From the NCBI RefSeq assembly GCF_009914755.1, contig NC_060939.1: 64,000 bases of DNA, one strand, 5' to 3'. Each line of letters starts with the position of its first letter. Positions within the stretch are counted from its first letter, which is position 1. Of the stretch, positions 12,889-26,781 are shown piece by piece. This stretch comes from the human T2T-CHM13v2.0 reference genome, Homo sapiens. The position numbers were made by a program, and so were the translations under genes. The notes under the pieces were generated by a model, which was not told the DNA's origin, searched no databases, and was given only the letters and a program-made list of their open reading frames with translations.

Positions 12889-13544
12889 CACTCGCTGTTA
12901 TTTTTAATTAAATTAACAGTTATTTCACTGGAAACAGCTATAAATCTTGCAACTCAGAGAAGAACTATCTTTTCCTTTTAAATTATGTGAGCCTTATAAT
13001 TCTGCACTCAAGTGTCAGAAATCAGTCAGCCTAGGCACATCTCCCTTAATTTGCAGTGGCGGGACACAGGGGCAGTTGCTGTAGGTAGGTAGGAACAGGA
13101 AGATTAGCTAGATTATGGAAAGGTTAGGCAAAAATGTAGGAACTCTTGGTTGAAGAATATTTCAAGCTTGAATGACATAAAGGGAAGAAGCACAAACGGG
13201 AGGAATAGTTTGGGTGTTTAACAGCTCAAGGGAGAAACGATATAGCTACAGTCCTTGGTTTTGTGCAGCACTCTTTTTGAAGCCAGTGATCACAGCAAAA
13301 ACAAGAGGAGGTGAGATAAGAGCTTCTGTGCAGTAGAGCATCCACACAGAAGGGTGCAGGATGCAGCAGCAAATGGAAGTTGGCTATATACAGGGGAATT
13401 GATTAAATATGTAAACATATTATAGATAAAAGACCCATTATCGCTATTAGAGAAGGAAATTACAAATATAGGAAGGAACAAAACCAGAATGAATCCTGTG
13501 GTGTTGGATGGGAATTGATTATATCAGTATTTACTCACACTTTT

Positions 13545-13545
<1 letters not shown>

Positions 13546-13585
<40 letters not shown>
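13546..13585 (+). repeat. (TAGA)10 microsatellite
   Basis: Ten perfect TAGA units counted directly. Confidence 0.97.
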
Positions 13586-13587
<2 letters not shown>

Positions 13588-14207
13588 CAGAAAGAAATAT
13601 AAATATAACTGTGTTACATATATATGTCTATACAGATTCCCTCAGCTGTGTTCACTCATAGAGCCTGAGAATAGAGCCTGGAGCAGCATCTTGTTATTCT
13701 GGAAAGGAAGGATGTGCTCAAAGAATGATGATGAATTGTTAGAAGGTTACAAAAGCCAGGCTAAAGGGGCTCCCACTGGCCAAATCTGTACATTTTGAAC
13801 AACAAAATAAATAGTGATAGTAATAGATTTATAATTCTTTGAATAAAGTAGGAAACTATAAGTCTATGCTGATATATAAATTATGCTGATAAATGAATAA
13901 AGTTTTGTGAGAAACAGGATTTTTACCTAGTCTCAAAATACCTTCTCACAAAATGCTTATCAACTAAAGTGGGAAAAGGTAACTTTTCAGTTGAGGAGCC
14001 TTAGCAGACACCACCTAATGAAGTGGTCGATTCACCATCAATAATGGGATAATTCAGATTCATGTGCCACCTAACAGAGTGCATTGAGAACACAGCATCA
14101 TTTCTGTGTTACTCTTTCCAATCTAATCTTAAGGAAATACCATGCAAAATAAATTGAGGGACATTCTAAGCTACAGTATGAAGGATATGAAAGTCAAGAA
14201 AGTTGAC

Positions 14208-14462
14208 GAGAATGAATAAGACTAGCATTTGATAGCACAATGTGACTGCATTCAATAATTTAATTGTAAGTTTTAAAATAACTAAAAGAGTATATTTGGA
14301 CTGATTATATGTAACATAAAGTATAAATGCTTGAGGTGATGGATACCGCATTTACCCTGACATCATTATTATGCATTGCCTACCTTTACCAAAATACTTG
14401 ATGTATCCCATAAATATATACACCTATTACGTGCCCCCCCCCACCAAAAAAAAAAAAAAAAA
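14208..14462 (+). mobile_element. L1MA 3' end with poly-A
   Basis: tttgatagcacaa...aaataactaaaagagt...taaatgcttgaggtgatggatacc, then an A-run. Confidence 0.85.
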
Positions 14463-14840
14463 GAAGTAAAGCTAATGCATGATTCTGAACTTGGTCCTTT
14501 TGTTAAAGGACATTATTGAGACATTTGGTAAAATTCAAACAGGGTCTGAAGATAGTAATGTATAAATGTTAATTAGATGATTCTGATGGTTCTGTCATGC
14601 TTATTTGTACAGTACACATCAGCACATACACACCGAAGTATTTTGTGGGTGGTAGAGCATCGTGTCTGCTGCTTATTCTCAAAAATAACTAAGGGGAGGA
14701 AGTTTCATTTACTAACAACTTTTATGTAAGCTTGGGACATTTTAAAAATTAAACCGAAACAGCAACAAAAAAGGATTGTTTTGAACCTGAATGTGGAAAT
14801 CTCAATGTCAGAATATTTAAAAAATGGATTTTGTGTTCCA

Positions 14841-15363
14841 TGTATAGAGAAGGAAAAAAATCTTTTAGGTTTTAAGCTGGGTTGTAGGTTTTCTGACTGG
14901 GGCCCTGTACATTTGTGTGGCAATAGGTTAACAAGAGAAAGGCAGACAGAGGTTTATTCACATGTGCATTGCCTATACACATGAGTGTACCCAGAGACGA
15001 GTTACTCAAAAGGCTGTTTAAAATTTGGAGTTTGTATACCTAACTTGGTAGAAGAAAGAGAGGGAAAAGTCAGGGCACTTATGGTAAGCAAATGACTTTT
15101 TGTAAAAATAAATGGGTCTTTAGGATAATAGATTGGAGATAGGCTACTTTGTGACAGTGTCTCTCTGGGTGTGGTGCTGACTTCTGTCTCCAGTAAGAGA
15201 GATTAGAGTTGCTCCTGGGGAGGGTTTTTTTGACAATTGAGTTCTTTTAGGAGGCTCTGCTTTTAGGCAAATAAGGATTTCAGAAACTGAAATGCCTTCA
15301 GCACAAAATAATTCTTATGCCAAAGTGTAATATTTTAGGATAGCATATCCTGATCCACCTTCA
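14841..15363 (-). mobile_element. ERV1 solo LTR, MER34-like
   Basis: Ends cttcagcacaaaataattcttatgccaaagtg...ttca, the reverse complement of a MER34-type LTR start. Confidence 0.7.
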
Positions 15364-15379
15364 CATGCACTGGGAAACT

Positions 15380-15620
15380 TCTATTAGTTTTTGAACAGTG
15401 GAGTGTAATGAAGATGATGTTCTTGTATGGATAGATGGGAGCAAAGAGAAACTAGAGGCAGGGGTATCAGTTGGGAGCCAAATGCTTATGTGTTCATCCA
15501 CAGGAATCTAAACTGAGATGGTGATTGTTATGGGCAGAAAGAAAGGGATAGATACGAGGCACATTCTAAGGATTATCTTTTGGAATTTGTTCACTCTTAA
15601 AATGAAAGTGACAGAAAGAG
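15380..15620 (-). mobile_element. L2 fragment
   Basis: Purine-rich ctagaggcagggg...agttgggag...gaaagggatagat pattern. Confidence 0.5.
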
Positions 15621-15880
15621 AAATAGATGATGCGTAGTACAAATAAGTTCACATTCTGGACCAGAACAGGGCGTATTCCTGAACTTACTTGAAAATAATT
15701 TGATGACATCTTACTGTTTAATGTAAATGCTTTTAATGTAAACAAGTAGCATTTAATTACATAAATTACTTAGAGTTCTTACACTTTATAGGCTTTCTTT
15801 TCTTATACTTGTGTTCCTAAACTTGTGACCGTTTTGTACTGATGATTGGGTAAGTCAAATCATCAAATGACGTAACTTCG

Positions 15881-16186
<306 letters not shown>

Positions 16187-16539
16187 GACCTAACTTCTTT
16201 GTGCACATGTTATATGGGTTACTTCACATGCATGAATTCTTTTAAAGATTTTAGCTTATCTGTAAGGAATATACTATATACTATGAGCATTTAAAAATAC
16301 TTTTCCTGTATCAAATACAATGTTTATTGTAGAAAATCAAAATATGGATGAGCCAAAAGAAAATAAGAACATCCCTTATTTAAGAACATTTAAACATCTT
16401 AATAAGAACATTTCCATATGCCCAGGGCTACTGTGCTGCTTTAGTCTTCTGCTCTAAAGTTATTCTGCAGGGTATTCTGTCCATAGCTAATATTGGGAGA
16501 AAGGCAATCTAATTAAGCTTATTTACATTAATGAGTATT

Positions 16540-16770
16540 GGTAATGTGTTACAGTACAGAGAACCTAGGATTTGGAATCAGAACCTGAATCTTAGCAGTG
16601 TGCTCAGCCTTCACTACATTTATGACCTTTGGTAATTTAGTTGACCTCAATGATTCTCATTTATAAATGATTTCTCATTTATAAAATGGGAATAATAAAA
16701 CTTGATTATCAGGGGATTGGTGAGTGTGAAATAAGATAGAAAATGCACAGTAAATGTAGTTTGAAATATG
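16540..16770 (+). mobile_element. MIR
   Basis: tgacctttggtaatttag...tttctcatttataaaatggg. Confidence 0.65.
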
Positions 16771-17150
16771 TAAAAAAAAAATGTGTACTAGGGATCATTG
16801 ATAATGAGTGATGGACTTCTAATTCTTACATTATTTGCTTTTTGAAGTTTCTTGGTCACCCATATTGACCACAGATTGATAGAATCTTAGCTGTTCATTT
16901 AAAAAATATATTTTAGAGAATGAAAAAGGGAAAAAGAGTTGGTGTAGGAGTCACTTTGGTAAGCACGCTGACATAGCCTCAGTTTATATACTCAGGGATG
17001 CCTTCCTAGAGCTGTTCCTGATTCTCTCTTTCTTTGAATCCACCTGATCTCTAAAAGCTAACTCTATGCCCAAAGGTCAGTCAGCCTCTCCTTATGCTAC
17101 TCTGCTCCTGCTGCGTGATAGTTGAGGGTAGGAAGGCTTTTGAGTTTAGA

Positions 17151-17305
17151 GCAGCGTTTCTGAAGCTTTATTACTTATAAGAATCATCCAAGGATCTTGC
17201 TATAAAATGCAAGTTCTAGTTCAGATCATCTGGTATGGTACCCGAGATTCTGAATTTTTACAAACTTCATGGCCTTGCCTCTGATCTGAATATTACACTT
17301 TGAGT
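17151..17305. mobile_element. MER5A-like hAT-Charlie MITE
   Basis: cagcgtttct...agaatca...aaaatgcaag...gattctgaattt...acactttgag. Confidence 0.6.
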
Positions 17306-19164
17306 GGAGTTAAAAAACATGAATGATGTTTTTTATGTGACTTTTTATTTCTAAAGCTATTTGTAACTTAGGGTATTACTCATATTGTTATTACATATAC
17401 CCTTTAAGATTTCATGTTAATTTCTTCTATTTAATACAGTCTTGTTCTCTGTGTAAAGCCTCAAACTCATTAGTTGCCCCAGGGTAATAATGAGGGTAAC
17501 CAGTACTAGCATAAAGTGGTTACACAGGAGAACCAATACCAAAGGAAAATGTAACTGATAGTAGCAAGGTTTTTCTTTCATTCTTAAAACTTTGTCAACA
17601 TCTCTCACTAATAGTAAATTAAATGTGAAATTTAAAATGAAATTACTAGATATACAAATTTGTTACATTTTCACCATGTTACAGAGTATTCATGTAAAAA
17701 TCACTTATATTTAATAGCCAGTGTATTCATATTGTTTTAAATTAGGATTTTGTCTTAGGAGAGTTATCAAGTTCTATTTATTTCTGTGATACAAAAAATA
17801 TTCAAATTTATATTATAGAACTCTAAGGAAATGAATACCGGATTTAGTCAAGGCAGAAATACCAAGACACAAGGGGGCACTGTCTTACCATAATCTGACT
17901 GATTTTAATTTAGCTTTTTGTTTGCTGTGAATGTCTTTCGTTTCCAAAATTCTGTCTTCTTTGTAGTTAATCATGAAAGCTTAAATATTATACATTCCTC
18001 TAAAGCTGTAATACTTAAATCAACTGAGCTTTCAGATTTCACAAATCAAATGTGCTCTTAGCAACATTTGGGAACCTTTCATTGTATTTGGCGTGAAATT
18101 GGGAAGAGTGGATGATAATTAGAGATGGTGTAACACACTGTTAGTGTTTAGGTCTGCGGTGGGGAAAATCACTGTAAAAATAATTCAGTTGATTTGGAGA
18201 AATATAGTGCCTCTGTTAGGCAGAAATGAGTTGGGATAAAGATTGAACTGTTATAAGCTGCAGCTGCATTTGCCATAAAATACCAAGTTGGTGCTGATGA
18301 ATGTTTTGTTTTTATTGTCATGGAAACTTGGAGCTGGAGAATGGATATTCTATTCATTTGGGAAAATAGCAGTGCCTTGCATAAAACATAAGGGCCTTCC
18401 AAAGCAGTTCCTTAAATAGATATTGGCTGAATATAATCCAAAAAGTTGAGGAAGTAAAAGTGAAATAAATGCAATCATTTCTGGATCACTTCTTCCATTC
18501 TCAGTACTAACAATGTAACTATATATTCAGTTATTAAGCTTATTACTTCTAGAAAGTTTAATTCCAGTAAGCATGGTATTTGTTTAACATCAGTGTAATA
18601 GTTATCTAACCCTTTAGAGCTATCTTTATATTTATTTCCTTAGTTGTAAGATATCTTTTGGGAACTCTAAACCTATATCCTATTAAACAACTACTTCTGA
18701 TCCCCAAATAGTTTGTTTTTTAAATTAATCCTGCTTATCTGCTATAATCTTTCATTGAAATATTTTAAAGCATTTTATACTTTTTTTAAAGCTTTACCCA
18801 AAATAAACTCTTACATAAAAGCACTAAGTGAGATCATTGCATGTTCTAGGGAAAAAAAACAGAAAGTATAAAATAAAAAACCTATAAAGGTGCAGTTAAA
18901 TCCTTGTGCATATTTTATAAAATTATGAATGGAAAGAGACAGTCACAGGAACAGAAAATGCAAAGGAGTTTTGGGTTCAGTTATCACATATGTGATAATA
19001 GCAAAATACAAATATGGAAAATGATAGTAAAATGTAGATAAAGTGACAATACAAATTAAAGCAGAGTTCCTAAACTTTATAATAGGAAAAGGGGAAATTG
19101 TGAGTTATAATGGTTTTACCAAAGGTTACTGGCCAAGTTTCATTATCTCTGCAAGGGAAACTAG

Positions 19165-19530
<366 letters not shown>

Positions 19531-19582
19531 TAGTTTAGTCAGAGAACCCTTCTCTGAGGAAATAATATTTGTATAAATGCAA

Positions 19583-19709
19583 ATGCACCTGTAGTCCCAG
19601 CTGTTTGAAGGCTGAACCCAGGGTTTGGAGGCTGGAATGAGCTATGATCACACCACTGCACTCCAGCCTGGGCAGCAGAGGAAGACTTTGTTTAAAAAAA
19701 AAAAAAAAA
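19583..19709 (+). mobile_element. Truncated Alu right arm
   Basis: cctgtagtcccagct...ccactgcactccagcctggg, then an A tail. Confidence 0.8.
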
Positions 19710-19882
19710 TTGTCTAGTTTCCCTCACAGACTTAATGCTGTGACAAAAGAACAATTCATACAGAGGGGCTAACAAGCCAAACCAGCAGCCTTCAGTGGGA
19801 GGGAACTTGGAAAGTTGGAATGTTCAAGGAAAATGACAAAATACAAGTTTACAAAAATTGTTTTTTCAAAAAATGCTCAAAT

Positions 19883-20170
19883 GGCCAGGCACAGTGGCTC
19901 ATGCCTGTATTCCCAACACTTGGGAGGCTGAGGTGGGTGGATCACTTGAGTCTAGGAGTTCGAGACCAGCCTGGGTGACGTGGCAAAAAAAAAAAAAAAA
20001 AATACAGAATTTAGCTGGGCATGGTGGTGTGCACCTGTGGTCCCAGCTACTCAGGAGGTTGAGGTGAGAGGATAGCTTGAGCCTGGAGGTAGAGGTTGCA
20101 GTGAGCCAGGACTGTGCCACTGCACTGCAGCCTGGTTAACAGAATGAGACCTCATCTCAACAACAACAGA
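19883..20170 (+). mobile_element. AluJ
   Basis: ggccaggcacagtggctcatgcctgta... dimer. Confidence 0.9.
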
Positions 20171-22114
20171 AAGCTCAAATGTACTTACAAGCATTATAAC
20201 TAACAACAACGTGACCAGTTTTCCCACGTGAGACGGGTCTAGGTGTAGTCTTAAATCTATGTTTACATTGCCAGGATATACAAATCCCTCGGAGAAAGAA
20301 CAGGAGTGCTTTAAGATTTTTCAGTATAAATTTTACTGTTAGTTAGCATATAGTTTGTCAAAATATTTTAATGAAATCAGTGACTTTTTAAATTGAATAT
20401 AAAAGTGTCAAAATAAATGTAAATATGACGTAGCTTGCATAGTGAGAGACAGACCTCTAAGAAGCAGTAAAATTTAATAATAGCAATTTTCACCAGTGTT
20501 TTTCATGCCCTGTGGTTATCTGTAGCATATATTTAGAGTATATGTATGTGGGCAAGGGTTGGGGCCAGGAATTAAAGACCTACACAACAAAATACATGAT
20601 ACTGAATTTGGAGAACTGGTCACAACATGCCAAAGAAAATAGAAGAGAACTAGGAACTGGACATTGTATTTCATAACTGAAATGATGAGAAAGAACTGGA
20701 AAATTGCCAGCCTTTTAACCTTTTAGAAATAGCTATGTGTGTAGTTAGTACAGGAGATCATTTTCTTAGAGCAGTTTGTTCTAAATTCAAATATGTCAGC
20801 AGACTTAGTGGAATTCAAAGTATTTTAGAAATAAAACATCTAATGTTGGAAATAAGAGAGCACAATATCATAAAAACAGAGGTAGTTTAACAAAGTTTTT
20901 AGATTGTCCAAGAGTTTATCAAACCCATTATCTATTATGGTAAAGTCTCGCTGAGTAGGATGTTTTTAACTTAGGCTACTCCAAAAAGTAAAGATAGTAG
21001 CAAATGTAGATCCAACTTTTCAGGTTATCTTCTACCTCATGCACTACTCTAAGCAGTCTTTGTTTGTTGGAAAGTCTGATTATTTACAGAAGTCAAGTTT
21101 TGTTATGTTCTATCTTTTTCTGATCTGTAAAAATGGGTTTGCTAGAGAAAGACTAGGAGAAAGCTTTTTTATTTTTTTCCTTTAAAGGGGGTGTGTGAAA
21201 GGGTTTCTAAGAGGTATAAAAACCTTAGGAAGTTTCATAGTGGTCCTAACTAAATCATTACTTTTCAGACATTTGACAGTAGGCACTCCATGAGAGCAGG
21301 AAAACAAGGTGAGTCCTGAAGTTACCCCCACTCTCTCACTGCCTGTAGGAAGATTCTGGGCCACAGCAAAAAGACGAGATAATCAAACGCAGCCTGGCAG
21401 TCTTTGTGAGTTGAGAAGACAAAAATCAGAATTCAGAGAAGCTATGGGACTAGGATTTATAGGGTAAAAAGGAAGGAGCAGAGAGAGAGCAAGGGAGCTC
21501 AAGATCTTTAGAGTTTGGTTCCAAGTCTTTGGCCAAGTACTGACATGTACATGCATGTATATGCATGAGAGGAAACAACTTGAGACCAGGGAAAGCTCAC
21601 ACAAAGCTGGGAATAATTCTTTCTCCAATGAACCAAAGTGGAAAGATCTCATAATTAACAGGGCATGTGTAGTCTTCAAAAGGGTATTGTGTTGGTGGTG
21701 CTGAATTAGACCTGGACTAAAGGGTATTCTTGACCCACTGTTAGAAATATTAAAGGCAAACCTGGAAAAGGAGCAAACTGATTCCAAGTCACTTAACTGC
21801 TTGCCAGAACAAAGTCTGACATTCTTTGAAGGAATACAGCAAAATCTAGCACCCAAAAATATAAACATTTTAAGGTCTGGCATTGACTTAAAAATTACTA
21901 GCATGAAAAGAACAAGAAAAAAATGTACCCTGTAACCCAGAGAAAAAGTAATCAGTAGAAACAAGAGTCCAGGAAATTAGAGAGATGATGTAATCAAGCA
22001 AAGATGTTAAAATGGCTTTTATAAATACGCTTGATAGCTCAAGAATGTAGAGGAAAATAATGAATAAGATGTAGGGATAATGAATGCTATGAAAAAAACG
22101 GAATTTATTCATTT

Positions 22115-22262
22115 ACCTCTTTTCCCTCCCTCCCTCCCTGTCTCTCCCCCTCTGTCCCTCCCTTCCTTCCTTCCTTCCTTCCTTCCTTCCTTCCTTCCTT
22201 CCTTCCTTCTTCCCTTCCCCTCCCCTTTTCCTTTTCCTTTCCCCTTTCCCCTTTTTTCTCCT
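22115..22262 (+). repeat. (CCTT)n / pyrimidine-rich tract (expanded tail of the adjacent Alu)
   Basis: Direct inspection. Confidence 0.92.
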
Positions 22263-22552
22263 TTTTTGGAGGCAGGTCTCTCTCTGTTACACAGGCTAGG
22301 GTGCAGTGGAGCGATCATAGCTCACTGTAACCTTGAACTATTGGATCAAGTGATCCTCCTGCTTCACCCTCCCAAGTAGCTAGGACTACAAGGATGCACC
22401 ATGCCTGGCCAATTTTTTTTTTTTTTTTTTTTTTTAGAGACAGGGTCTTACTATGTTGCCCAGGCTGGTCTTAAACTCCCAGCCTCAAGCCATTCTCCTG
22501 CCTTCGTCCCCTGAGTTGCTGGGATTATATGTGTGAGCCACCACACCCAGCC
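22263..22552 (-). mobile_element. AluJ
   Basis: Antisense dimer. Confidence 0.88.
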
Positions 22553-22755
22553 CCCTAAATGTCATTTCTAGAGAGAAGAAAAATACAGTATCTGAAATGA
22601 AAAATACACTGGATGATATTAACTGCAGCTTATTCACTTCAGAAGAAAAAAATCAGTGAATTTGTAGGCATAGAAACAGAAACTATCCAAAATGAAGATC
22701 AGAGGACCTCCAGCTTCTATCTAGGGTGTGGAAAACTATAAAGAATGCTGCTTTT

Positions 22756-23052
22756 GGCCAGGCACGGTGGCTCACGCCTGTAATCTCAGCACGTTGAGAG
22801 GCCAAGGAGGACAGATCATGAGATCAAGAGATCGAGACCAGCCTGGCCAACATGGTGAAACCCTGTCTCTACTAAAAATACAAAAATTAGCTGGGTGTGG
22901 TGGCGCATGCATGTAGTCCCAGCTCCTTGGGAGGCTGAGGCAGGAGAATCGTTTGAACCCAGGAGGTGGAGGTTGCAGTGAGCCGAGATCATGCTACTGT
23001 GCCACTGCACTCCACCCTGGCGACAATGAGACTCTGTCTCAAAAAAAAAAAA
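22756..23052 (+). mobile_element. AluSc-like
   Basis: gatcaagagatcgagacca diagnostic-like segment; A tail. Confidence 0.88.
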
Positions 23053-23572
23053 GCCTGATAAACTACAAACTTTTAACTTTTTTGAACCCTTCAAAGAGGC
23101 CCAAGCACACAGTTTCTGTAAGTACTGAGGCTGAACTAAAACAGCAGAGAACTACCTCCGTCACAAGCCTAAGGAGTACTAAGCAATAGCAGTCTGCCAC
23201 TGGGGCAGGGGCAAAAGCTTGAGGACAGACCCACTCTCAAGCACAGGTTTATAGCATCTGTTATAAGCTGAGGATGAAATACTAACAGAAAAGTTTTACA
23301 GCACCCCAGCCACGTGCTAAACACTAGGCACAACAGGTGATCACTAGAGGGAGTGGAAGCCTCTGGTAAACTCAGAGTCATCACAGCAACAGTCACACCA
23401 AGCTAAACTCCTAACTGATTGTCTGAATTTCTCACTCTAAAGTCCTTATATGGAAAGAGGCATACCCACTTCCAGGCCTAAATATACTACTGTTCTACCC
23501 ACAGTATCCTGCATCCATCAAAATTATAAGTCACACACATAAGCAAGAGAAAAACAAAACAAATACTTTCAA

Positions 23573-23684
23573 GAGGCAAAACAGTTAACAAAACAAGACT
23601 CAGAGGTGGCCCTGTTATTGGAACTATCGAGGCAAAACAGTTAACAAAACAAGGCTCAGAGGTGGCCCTGTTATTGGAACTATC
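23573..23684 (+). repeat. 56-bp tandem duplication (2 copies, 1 mismatch)
   Basis: gaggcaaaacagttaacaaaacaag(a/g)ctcagaggtggccctgttattggaactatc at 23573-23628 and 23629-23684. Confidence 0.97.
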
Positions 23685-24507
23685 AGACAAAGATTTGAAA
23701 ATAGCTCTGGCTAAGATATTGAAAGGATCTAGTGGGAAACATAGCATGCATGAATTAATGGGGAATTTAGCTGATAGATGGAAATAATGAGTCAAGTTGA
23801 AATGGTAGTAATAAAAAAAAAACAGAGGTAAATAATTCCTTTGTGGTCATCAGTAGACAACCCAGTTGCTGAAGAAATGGGTGAACTTGAATATAGGCCA
23901 GTATAAATTATCCAAACTAAAACACAAAGAGAAAAAAAATGAAAAAAAATCAGAGCTGCAGGACAGTATCAGTCTAATATGTGTATGCTTAAAGTTTCAG
24001 AATGAGAGGGATAAATAATAATGCAGAAGAAATATTTGAAGAGATAATGGCCAAGAATTTCCCAAAAGCAATGAAAGACATCAAACCATAGATGCAAGAC
24101 TTAAGAAACAACAAGAACTCCCCTCCACACACACACACACACCACACATATTCCCTTAGACATATTTAAAGTGCTGAAAACCAAAGATGAGAAAATCTTG
24201 AAGACAACCAGAGGCAGAAAAAAAAACACATCATGTATAGAACAACAAAGATAAACTACAGCAGACTTCTCTTCAGAAACTTTGCAGGCAAGATGATAGT
24301 GATATCTCTAATGTATTACAATTTTTAAAACTGTGTCAACCCGGAATTATTTATCTGTTGAAAATATTTTCTTAAAAAAGAGGATAAAGACTTCTAGATA
24401 TATGAAAATCTGAGAAAATCCATTCCCAGCAGACTACAATAACTGCTGGAGTAAGTTCTTCAAGCAGGGGGAATGTCACTCCAGACAGAAACTTGGATCT
24501 GCACCAA

Positions 24508-24716
24508 GACTCCGCAAACTTTTTTCATAGAGAGCCAGATATTACATATTTTAGGCTTTGTGGGTCAGACAGTTTCTGTCACAACTACTCAACTCTGCCA
24601 TTGTAGCACAAAAGCAACTATGAACAGTACATAAACAAGTGAGCATGGCTGTTTTCCAGTAAAACTTTATTTACAAAAACAGGAAGCAGGCCATGAGTCA
24701 TAGTGTGCCAACCCAT
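24508..24716. mobile_element. MER58A (hAT-Charlie MITE)
   Basis: gcaaactttt...ttttaggctttgtgg...caactactcaactctgccattgtagc...aaaactttatttacaaaaacagg. Confidence 0.85.
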
Positions 24717-25014
24717 GATCTATACAAAGAAATGAGAGCTCCAGAAATGGTAATAATGAAAGTAAATATAAAAGACATACGTTTCATCCTTTTAAATTAC
24801 ACTGTGAAATAACTGTCTAAAGCAAAATTAGTACATTATATTGTCGGTTTTATAAAATATGTAACAGTAATCTAAAAGATGGGAGGAAGGATTTAACATC
24901 TGTTAAAGATGTATATTGTAAACTGAGGGCAATCGCTAAGAAATTAAAAAGAAATGTAACTTATCTACCAATAGTGGCTATTAAATGGAATGCTCAATCT
25001 AAAAGCAGGCTGAG

Positions 25015-25290
25015 AGCTGGGCATAGTGGCTCATACCTGTAATCCCAACACTTGGGGAGGTGGGAGGATTGCTTGAGGGCAGGAGTTCCAGACCAGCTGG
25101 GGCAACATAGCAAGACTCTGTCTCTCCAAAAAAAAAACCAGGTATAGTCTTAGCTACTTGGGCAGCTGACATGGGAGGATCTCAGCCCAAGAGTTCAAGG
25201 TTGCAGTGAGCTGTGATCACGCCATTGCATTCCACCCTGGGTGACAGAAGAAGACCCTGTGTCTTTAAAAAAAAAAAAAGAAAAGAAAAA
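25015..25290 (+). mobile_element. AluJ
   Basis: Dimer with A tail. Confidence 0.88.
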
Positions 25291-26229
25291 AGAAGTTTGA
25301 GAAAGATAAAAGAACAAACAACAAATGAGATAAATAGTAGACGTGTAAGAAAATGGCAGACTTAAATCCAGCCATATCAGTAATATAATGCAAATTTTCA
25401 AAATGAAACAGAGATACCAAGAGATAGAGGAAGCAAGCATTTGGCTTTTTTCATTCTCTGTTTTCCAGTGGTTTTTGCACATAATTTTAAGAATAGGGTC
25501 TTCGCTAGATGAAAACATTTAAATAGTGAACTACTTAACATCTGTTTACACACTGCTAACCCTGGCGCTCCTTTTTACTGAATAAAAATGGTTTGCCCTT
25601 CTTTCCCCCGTGAGCTTCAAACAACAACCAAGCTATCTTGGTTGTTACTAAAGTTACTAAACTTGGGACCATCAGACCCAAGGTGCTCCCCTAAAACCAC
25701 TTTGCCCAAACCTTAGGGAACAAGGAATAGGCAGGCTAAAGATTATATTCAAACATATCTACCCTTTTTCCTCTATGTTACAAAATCTAAAACTCTGTTG
25801 AAATTCATTTTAGACTGTTCTTTTATGTTTCGACTTCTCAGCTCTCTCTACCACCTTTTCTGGATCTTGCATACTTTCTTTGGTGAATCTTTGTTTTTTT
25901 CAGTTGTGAACAGATTATGGCTATGTATACAAAGAGATCCAGTTACCCATTCATTAATGCTAAGAAGAGTGACGCCGTTAAATTTTAATGAAATGAAAGG
26001 CATAAAGAATTTTAAAACCTCTGAAAGTATCCAAAAGTTTCCTTTAAATTCTTTGCCTAGAATCTAATTTTTTTCTCTTCTAATTAAGACTTTGTCCTTA
26101 AGCATGAATATTTAAGATATATATAGTCAATATAGTATTGTATAATATAGTCAAATGTATTTTCTAGTCAGTACATTTCAGTTCAAAAATAATAACTAAA
26201 ATTTAATTACCCCTTGTTTGTCACTGTTC

Positions 26230-26410
26230 CACGCACTTAAGATGTTAATACATTTTATCCTCACAAAAAACCCAGTGAGGTAGAACTATTTTTATCCTTG
26301 TTTCACAGATGAGGCAACTAAGGGACAGAGCTGTTAGATAATAAGCAACAAAGTGGGAATTTAAACCTGGTTAGTCTACATCTAGAGTCTTCGTTCATTA
26401 CCATTACCCC
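26230..26410 (-). mobile_element. MIR
   Basis: atcctcacaa...tttcacagatgaggcaactaagg. Confidence 0.7.
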
Positions 26411-26781
26411 ATGCCTTCTCTCTAATTTACTGTTACAGAATGTTGGGATTTTTTTCTTTTCTTCCTTCCTTCATTTTTTCCTTCCATCCTTCATTCCTCA
26501 TTCCTCCATTCAGCAAATATTCTATTCTGACACACTGTGACCTGAATTTACTTGTGTATCCAGTTATAATGAGTTAATATGTAAGATTTTTATTTTGAGT
26601 TATGCCTTACTCACAAATCAACTTTGGATTATGACCCATCAAGAAGTTGAGACTGGCCTTTACCTATTTTCAAACTCAAACATAGGATGGCAGTAAATTG
26701 CAATACTGGAGACAGCTCAATGAAAATTGAACATGTCATATTTTGTCCTCATGTAGCAAGAACCATATTTAAGTCTTAGCA

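Larger units (their letters stand above)
13390..14760 (+). mobile_element. L1MC/MD-like 3' region with nested L1MA
   Basis: gggctcccactggccaaatct, aaggacattattgagacatttgg and other old-L1 3'UTR motifs. Confidence 0.7.
21270..25400 (+). mobile_element. Degenerate L1M 5'/ORF1 region(s) with nested Alus and MER58A
   Basis: A-rich ORF1-like remnants: gaaatatttgaagagataatggccaagaatttccc, gcagacttctcttcagaaac, gaaactatccaaaatgaa. Confidence 0.7.

Noticed and set aside
21383-21964. 193-aa minus-strand ORF
   Set aside because: Antisense to a decayed A-rich L1 region, with low-complexity F/L/S composition.
23573-23684. Direct repeats as a possible CRISPR-like array
   Set aside because: Two abutting copies with no spacers, in primate DNA; a simple tandem duplication.
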